64,000 bases of DNA, from sequence record LC727697.1; one strand, given 5' to 3'. This stretch comes from Pseudomonas phage sp. 30-2. Position 1 is the first letter of the stretch, and each line of letters starts with the position of its first letter. This document shows positions 58,956 to 64,000 of the stretch, piece by piece. Position numbers and translations under genes: made by a program. The notes below the pieces were generated by a model, which had not been told where the DNA came from, made no database searches, and was given only the letters and a program-made list of their open reading frames with translations.

Positions 58956-60577
58956 TAATTGTCTAATCCTTGTTCTAATTCGGTTAGTTTTTCGTCGTTT
59001 ATGTCTGCAAATTTATTTTCATCTTCGATTGCAGTAGCATCTACATCAAAAAGACTGTTAAATGAGTTTGAGTTATAATTGCCGAAACTAATGCTGTCTA
59101 GCATAGGTCTATAATCTTCTAATAATTGTCGCTTATTAGGAGTACTCGGATCTAGCAATACTTCTACAAAATGATCAAAATATAAAATCGAACTAGGGAC
59201 GTGATTACTTACTTCTATAGTACCTTTCTTTTTATCTCTAGTCCAATCTCGGTAATCTACTTTAACTCGCAACCGTTCTATATCAACTAATCTATTAGAT
59301 TCTTGGATTGCAGCTATATGATTGTAAACATTGTGATTCATTATTAATAAGTAACTAAGTGAATCCCAACTGGTTTTACCTACTTTACCATTTTTATTTG
59401 CACTCGGTGGCACGTATTCTGCATCTTTTCCTTCTTTGAGAGCAGTTTCTACATCTTCTTTTGTAAAGTTTGCATTTTTAACACCATTTATTATACCATA
59501 ACCATTGTGATATGGACATATGTCTTTTAATGATAATTTTTCCATAATAGGACTCATAAACGGCATAGGAATATCCTTATCACTAAACTCTCTGCTGTCC
59601 GGAGCAGAATCCATATTATATCCCCACCGTTTGGGATTAAAATAATTATAGTTATATGCAAGACCGTATGCCACAGAAACAAACGGAGAAGCTGCGTCAA
59701 AACTTATGTTAATATTGGGATTATAATGTTTTCTTATATTTCGCTGAATAGATGTTAAGAAACAAGCCCAATCAGTCCTGCCTAGTCCGAGAAAGTGTAT
59801 CCAGTTTTTATCTGAAATAATATTATCATCTATTAAATCTAAGAATCGAGAAAGAGCACAATACATATTTCTCATGTTTATACCAGCAAATGCATACCCT
59901 TCGAGTGTATGACTAGCCGGATATCCCATTTCTACTACTTTAGCTGGGTCACTAAATGCTTTTACGTTGTCGTACCAAATTTTAGATGTATCTACATCTG
60001 ATCCCGATAATACACTAAGGAATTTAGTTGCGCCAGGAGTTCTGTTCTTCATGTAATAATGTAAATTATGAAGAGAATAATCTAATGTATCTTCAAATTT
60101 ATTAAGACCGGTTTTTGAACTGTACGGAGGAGTAGCAGCAAACGCAGGAACATCTAGTGTCATTGACCAGTCGGCGGTATGTTCACACCATTTTAAAATT
60201 TCATTTCTTATTTTATCTCCGCTAGCTCCTTTAAAATCATCCCAGTTTAATTTAATTACACCGGTAGCTACCTGGAAACCACCCGAGTCTGCAATAACTG
60301 TTGTTTGTGTTTTGTCCCTGGCTTGGATCATCCATTCTTTTGCATCAGTTCTAGATAAAGACAGTTCTGCATGGCCTGCAGAATATAACCCATACCCGTA
60401 AAAGAATGTATCGCTAGATGGATCTAAAAAATTAAGAGTATTATATCCATTAGGAAAGCTAGGTATTTTTCTTGTAGACGGATCGTTAATAGAACTGTCT
60501 AATTGTTTTGTGTAAAACCCACTAATTGCAGGCAAATAGATCGCATAATCTTTTTGACTGTTTGATAAATTTTTCAT
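58955..60577 (-). CDS. dpdA: tRNA-guanine transglycosylase superfamily protein, DpdA-like DNA 7-deazaguanine transglycosylase candidate
   Basis: VIADSGGFQVATG: catalytic-Asp DSGGFQ signature of TGT/DpdA; 540 aa. Confidence 0.7.
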   Translation of the reverse strand: MKNLSNSQKDYAIYLPAISGFYTKQLDSSINDPSTRKIPSFPNGYNTLNFLDPSSDTFFYGYGLYSAGHAELSLSRTDAKEWMIQARDKTQTTVIADSGGFQVATGVIKLNWDDFKGASGDKIRNEILKWCEHTADWSMTLDVPAFAATPPYSSKTGLNKFEDTLDYSLHNLHYYMKNRTPGATKFLSVLSGSDVDTSKIWYDNVKAFSDPAKVVEMGYPASHTLEGYAFAGINMRNMYCALSRFLDLIDDNIISDKNWIHFLGLGRTDWACFLTSIQRNIRKHYNPNINISFDAASPFVSVAYGLAYNYNYFNPKRWGYNMDSAPDSREFSDKDIPMPFMSPIMEKLSLKDICPYHNGYGIINGVKNANFTKEDVETALKEGKDAEYVPPSANKNGKVGKTSWDSLSYLLIMNHNVYNHIAAIQESNRLVDIERLRVKVDYRDWTRDKKKGTIEVSNHVPSSILYFDHFVEVLLDPSTPNKRQLLEDYRPMLDSISFGNYNSNSFNSLFDVDATAIEDENKFADINDEKLTELEQGLDN

Positions 60578-60640
60578 TATATTCCTTAATTATTCTTTAG
60601 TGCATATGTATTTAGGTTAATTCATTTATAAATGAAAAAT

Positions 60641-60661
60641 ATAGGGCAATTATTGCCCTAT
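60641..60661. terminator. hairpin terminator
   Basis: atagggcaattattgccctat. Confidence 0.5.
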
Positions 60662-60910
60662 ATCATATATTTTTAATGTTCTTTTTGCCCATACACTTAG
60701 TTGTTCACACAACTCTTTTTCGGATTCTTGTTTATAATACAAATTGTCTGTTTTCTTAATACGCTCGAATATAATTTTTTCTTTCTTTGTAAAAAATATA
60801 TATTTTCTGTATACAAGAGTAACTGTAGTTATTGGTCTACCTATAGAATTGTAAGATTCCTGTACAATATAGTATTGCAATTTAACTAATTTACGAGCAG
60901 GTAAGATCAT
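60650..60910 (-). CDS. hypothetical small protein
   Basis: ORF. Confidence 0.4.
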   Translation of the reverse strand: MILPARKLVKLQYYIVQESYNSIGRPITTVTLVYRKYIFFTKKEKIIFERIKKTDNLYYKQESEKELCEQLSVWAKRTLKIYDIGQ

Positions 60911-60913
60911 TAT

Positions 60914-61660
60914 TTATGCACTTTTTGCAGGAAGAATATATTGAACTTCTATTAACCCAGTATCGAGTTCAATCATTAATGCACCCTGGCTAGAAATAGA
61001 CATAGTACATTTGCCACTATCTGCGTTTTTTAGAATTGCTAACACTTCTGGTAATGGCCAGGACCAGTTATTGCGTAATGTGCTCTTTACATCTTTTGCA
61101 AATGGTACAACGGTGCGGTCGCTAGTAGCACCGGTGCCTATGTGGAATTCTAAAACACCGTCTGTTACTTTAACTAAAAAGTTAGATTCATAAGAACCCA
61201 ATACAGCACTAAAATATTGAAGATCCTTCATCGCTTGTTTAGTAGGTTGAATAACTATATCCCACACAACTCCTCTAAACGGCGGAACTTTTAGCACTTC
61301 GTCTACTGTATCTCGTGCCATAAACCGGTACGACGATTTATGACCCGTCGAAGAAGAAAATACAATTTCTGCAGGAATTTCTTCACCGTTACGTTCTTGT
61401 TTCTTAATAGAAACTTCAGCATCATCTCCCGAATATGGTGGGAAATTTAACATACCGCTCAGTACAGACATTCTACTTAAACCTACAGTATCGTCTAACC
61501 CCGGAATGGATTTTTTTAAAGAACCGTACATAACTACAGTTTTATTGGTTGACATAGCTTCTAATTTAGTTTCATTTACAGAACCAATAATTTTAACAGT
61601 ATCTATAAAACCCAAACCGTGAGTGTTACGAACTACGTCCTTTAAATTGTCTACAATCAT
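60914..61660 (-). CDS. hypothetical protein downstream of DNA polymerase
   Basis: 248-aa ORF. Confidence 0.5.
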   Translation of the reverse strand: MIVDNLKDVVRNTHGLGFIDTVKIIGSVNETKLEAMSTNKTVVMYGSLKKSIPGLDDTVGLSRMSVLSGMLNFPPYSGDDAEVSIKKQERNGEEIPAEIVFSSSTGHKSSYRFMARDTVDEVLKVPPFRGVVWDIVIQPTKQAMKDLQYFSAVLGSYESNFLVKVTDGVLEFHIGTGATSDRTVVPFAKDVKSTLRNNWSWPLPEVLAILKNADSGKCTMSISSQGALMIELDTGLIEVQYILPAKSA

Positions 61661-61740
61661 TACTTATTATTCTCCTAAGATGTGTGTGAATTATACATTA
61701 AATATTTTCATAATGCAAGTGTACAAAGTATAGTTTTTGA

Positions 61741-62880
61741 TTACCAACCAAACAGCGAATCGAAGTGTGCAGCAGCTTCTTCTGTTTTACTAAAATCCCA
61801 TTTTAGAATACCTAAAAGGTTCTTAACTTTGTTATCTACTACTTTTTCTCTCATTAAATCTTCATCAAATGGCAAAGACGTAAACCATTCTGGTAAGTGC
61901 AATTCATCTACAGGATATGCTATACTAGTAAAATGATTGTCTGCGGTTTCTTTTAAATAACAAACAACACATTTTTGACCATCTGAGATTTTAGGAGTAT
62001 GTAGGTCTTTATTGATAAGCTTTAGTTTATTCCAATTCATCGCAGCAGACACGTGACCAGGGACAGTGATTCTAGACTCTCTTCCTGCTAACTTTTTATT
62101 CATGTGTTCTTCTAATTTATCTTCATATGTACTGATACCGTTGACGCCTTTTGGCATTCCCTTTTCCCACGGTTTCATTTTATTAAATTCTTTTTTAAAT
62201 TCTCTAATATATTCTATTACTTCATCTTCTGTTTTATGTGTTAGCACCATAACTAGAATTTCCATGAGGAATGTTTGGACAAATTTAGGCGTATCTGACC
62301 GACGTAAGTCTAAACCCATTGCTTTTACTTTTCCTGGGCTGTTTTCGTCGTCGTATCTAGTACCTTCTTTATCATACATCATAGCAGCATAACGTTTCTT
62401 TTTAATAAAAAGACCAGAAGTAGCTACAATTTCCCTACCTGACTTAATAACACCTTCTGAGTTTTTATATGGAACATTAAATGTTTGTTTTAAAAATTCT
62501 GGAAATGTATCACTTACTTGTGACGAAACGTTGTCGTATAATTTAATGACAGTATCTTTATCCCATTCCATTTCGCCAGATTCTACAAGGTCTTTTACTG
62601 CAGGCCATGCAGTAAAATAGCAAGAATTGTGAACTAATATATTATTTCCAAAGAAATACGGATTATCGGGATTTTTCATCCCTATATCGTATACATATTG
62701 TTTCTTTTTTCCTAAATTAGTTACTTTAGATACCTTTCCTAAAGACACATTAAATTTATTAGGATCTCTTTCTTTTATATTTTTGTTTAATTCTTCTAGC
62801 GCTCTTTTTGCACTTTTATATTCTTCGTCTTCTGTTTTTGCAGAAAATACACCTAAAAGGTGTTTTGTTAGATTATGCAT
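61741..62880 (-). CDS. family-B DNA polymerase C-terminal segment: intein C-terminal block (VYD..NFFGNNILVHN) followed by the C-extein (S-CYF..., KKRY region)
   Basis: IKKKRYAAMMYDKEGTRYD...GLDLRRSDTPKFVQ nearly colinear with the T4 gp43 KKRYA..DMEGTRY..GLE..S.TPK.VQ region; YVYDIGMKNPDNPYFFGNNILVHN|S matches intein blocks F/G with +1 Ser of motif C (YGDTD|S). Confidence 0.8.
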   Translation of the reverse strand: MHNLTKHLLGVFSAKTEDEEYKSAKRALEELNKNIKERDPNKFNVSLGKVSKVTNLGKKKQYVYDIGMKNPDNPYFFGNNILVHNSCYFTAWPAVKDLVESGEMEWDKDTVIKLYDNVSSQVSDTFPEFLKQTFNVPYKNSEGVIKSGREIVATSGLFIKKKRYAAMMYDKEGTRYDDENSPGKVKAMGLDLRRSDTPKFVQTFLMEILVMVLTHKTEDEVIEYIREFKKEFNKMKPWEKGMPKGVNGISTYEDKLEEHMNKKLAGRESRITVPGHVSAAMNWNKLKLINKDLHTPKISDGQKCVVCYLKETADNHFTSIAYPVDELHLPEWFTSLPFDEDLMREKVVDNKVKNLLGILKWDFSKTEEAAAHFDSLFGW

Positions 62881-64000
62881 TTATAAATCCTTTGTATAAA
62901 CAATATTTCCCGAATCCCAAATCCTGCCATATCCGTTTGCGTAAATATTTTCTACTACGCTAACCGAATTATTATAATTTTTTAATTTAACTTTTGCCTT
63001 GTCTTTAGAGAAAGATAATCTATTATATGTATCTTTGAAGTCAGTATAATAAAATCCAGGAGCTATTATTGAAGTTTTAGCAAATCCGTTTTTTTCATAA
63101 ACGTTTCCTACGGACCAGCGCCTATTTGCATATGATACTATCTTGCCTGTAAAATTACAAGAAACTACCTTTAATAATTTAGAAAACCCACCTATTACAC
63201 TTGTGTTATTTAGGTTACAAAATCTTACTATTTCCCAGTTTGCATTTTTATTAAACCTGGGCTTTGCAATTGTTAATAAAGAAACTAATTGATCCGAATA
63301 ATACAATCCGTATGCATGCCGAAATTGTGCATGACCTTGCAAATGATTCGTTTCGGCGAATTGCTTTGCATCATCGAACTTAACTTCTTTAATTTCTGTT
63401 TTTCTTGCATATATTTTATTAGATAAACCTAGTTTATTTTTTATTACTGAGATCCATATATCTTTTTTAGTATGCCATTCGTTGTCGAAAATGTGTAATA
63501 ATTGGATATTATTTTGTTCACATGTAGTGGTTTTATCAAGGTGGTATGTTTTATATTTTTGATCAGTTTCTATATGTTTAGAAGAATGCCAATAAAGTCC
63601 ATTATATTCTATTGCAAGATTTTTACTAGGAACATATATGTCTAATTCGAACCCGAATCTATTGTATGAATGAATTGTATCTGAGCAATAAGATTTAACT
63701 AAATCGAATATTTCTATTTCTGCCTTAGACCTGTATGTAGTTTCTGCTACTTTATCTAAACCGCATTTCTGACAACCGTGTCCGGCAGTATGATAGTATG
63801 ATATAAGGTTAAAGTCGCCGTGTACCGGGCATGTTATAATAACTTTATCTCTAATGTTAGTGTATATAGTTTTAGTATAGTCATAAAAATTATTATGAAC
63901 GTTATTACTTCTTTCTATGAAAGAATCTGTGTCATATGATAATCTATGACCGATGGCTTCGAACGAGCATTTTTTACAACCGTGACCTGATTGATGGACG
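62881..64000 (-). CDS. homing-endonuclease-like ORF (partial; continues beyond window) in frame with the polymerase segment and separated from it by a single TAA
   Basis: Hand translation gives HGCKKC/HGCQKC Zn fingers, LAIEYNGLYWHSSKH Vsr-like core and a C-terminal domain paralogous to 45538..47046; stop 62881..62883 abuts ATG 62878..62880. Confidence 0.65.
   Translation of the reverse strand, partial: VHQSGHGCKKCSFEAIGHRLSYDTDSFIERSNNVHNNFYDYTKTIYTNIRDKVIITCPVHGDFNLISYYHTAGHGCQKCGLDKVAETTYRSKAEIEIFDLVKSYCSDTIHSYNRFGFELDIYVPSKNLAIEYNGLYWHSSKHIETDQKYKTYHLDKTTTCEQNNIQLLHIFDNEWHTKKDIWISVIKNKLGLSNKIYARKTEIKEVKFDDAKQFAETNHLQGHAQFRHAYGLYYSDQLVSLLTIAKPRFNKNANWEIVRFCNLNNTSVIGGFSKLLKVVSCNFTGKIVSYANRRWSVGNVYEKNGFAKTSIIAPGFYYTDFKDTYNRLSFSKDKAKVKLKNYNNSVSVVENIYANGYGRIWDSGNIVYTKDL

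Overview
The window is an AT-rich (about 30% GC) segment of a large virulent dsDNA phage genome with T4-like hallmarks. These include a family-B DNA polymerase with a gp43-like KKRY region, a T4-type RNase H/flap nuclease, and tiled arrays of roughly 100-aa early-gene-like ORFs. Most genes run on the minus strand. One opposite-strand module (37.6-43.7 kb) diverges from a 1.8-kb ORF-free region that looks like a regulatory or origin region.

Main features:
- Twelve minus-strand tRNAs lie at 11.8-16.0 kb. They include three with a CAU anticodon and a duplicated Leu(UAA)-CAU pair. A phage-encoded TilS is at 5.6 kb, and two tandem near-consensus sigma70 promoters sit upstream of the cluster.
- A candidate 7-deazaguanine-type DNA modification module lies directly downstream of the polymerase. 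It contains a TGT/DpdA-like DSGGFQ protein, a QueE-like radical-SAM protein, a GT-B glycosyltransferase, a PRTase and a Rossmann-fold protein.
- A GC-rich MoxR AAA+ ATPase and a vWA/metallopeptidase gene are separated by an AT-rich insertion. The insertion carries a Vsr-like homing-endonuclease-like gene and three membrane-protein paralogs.
- The polymerase is fractured: an intein C-terminal splice motif lies directly after an in-frame endonuclease ORF ending in a single TAA.
- There is a tandem HExxH paralog module, an operon encoding an AAA ATPase and a DnaJ-type zinc-finger protein, a 60%-GC single-gene island, and a recurring family of hairpin terminators and operator-like motifs.

All functional calls rest on motifs read by eye, without database searches.
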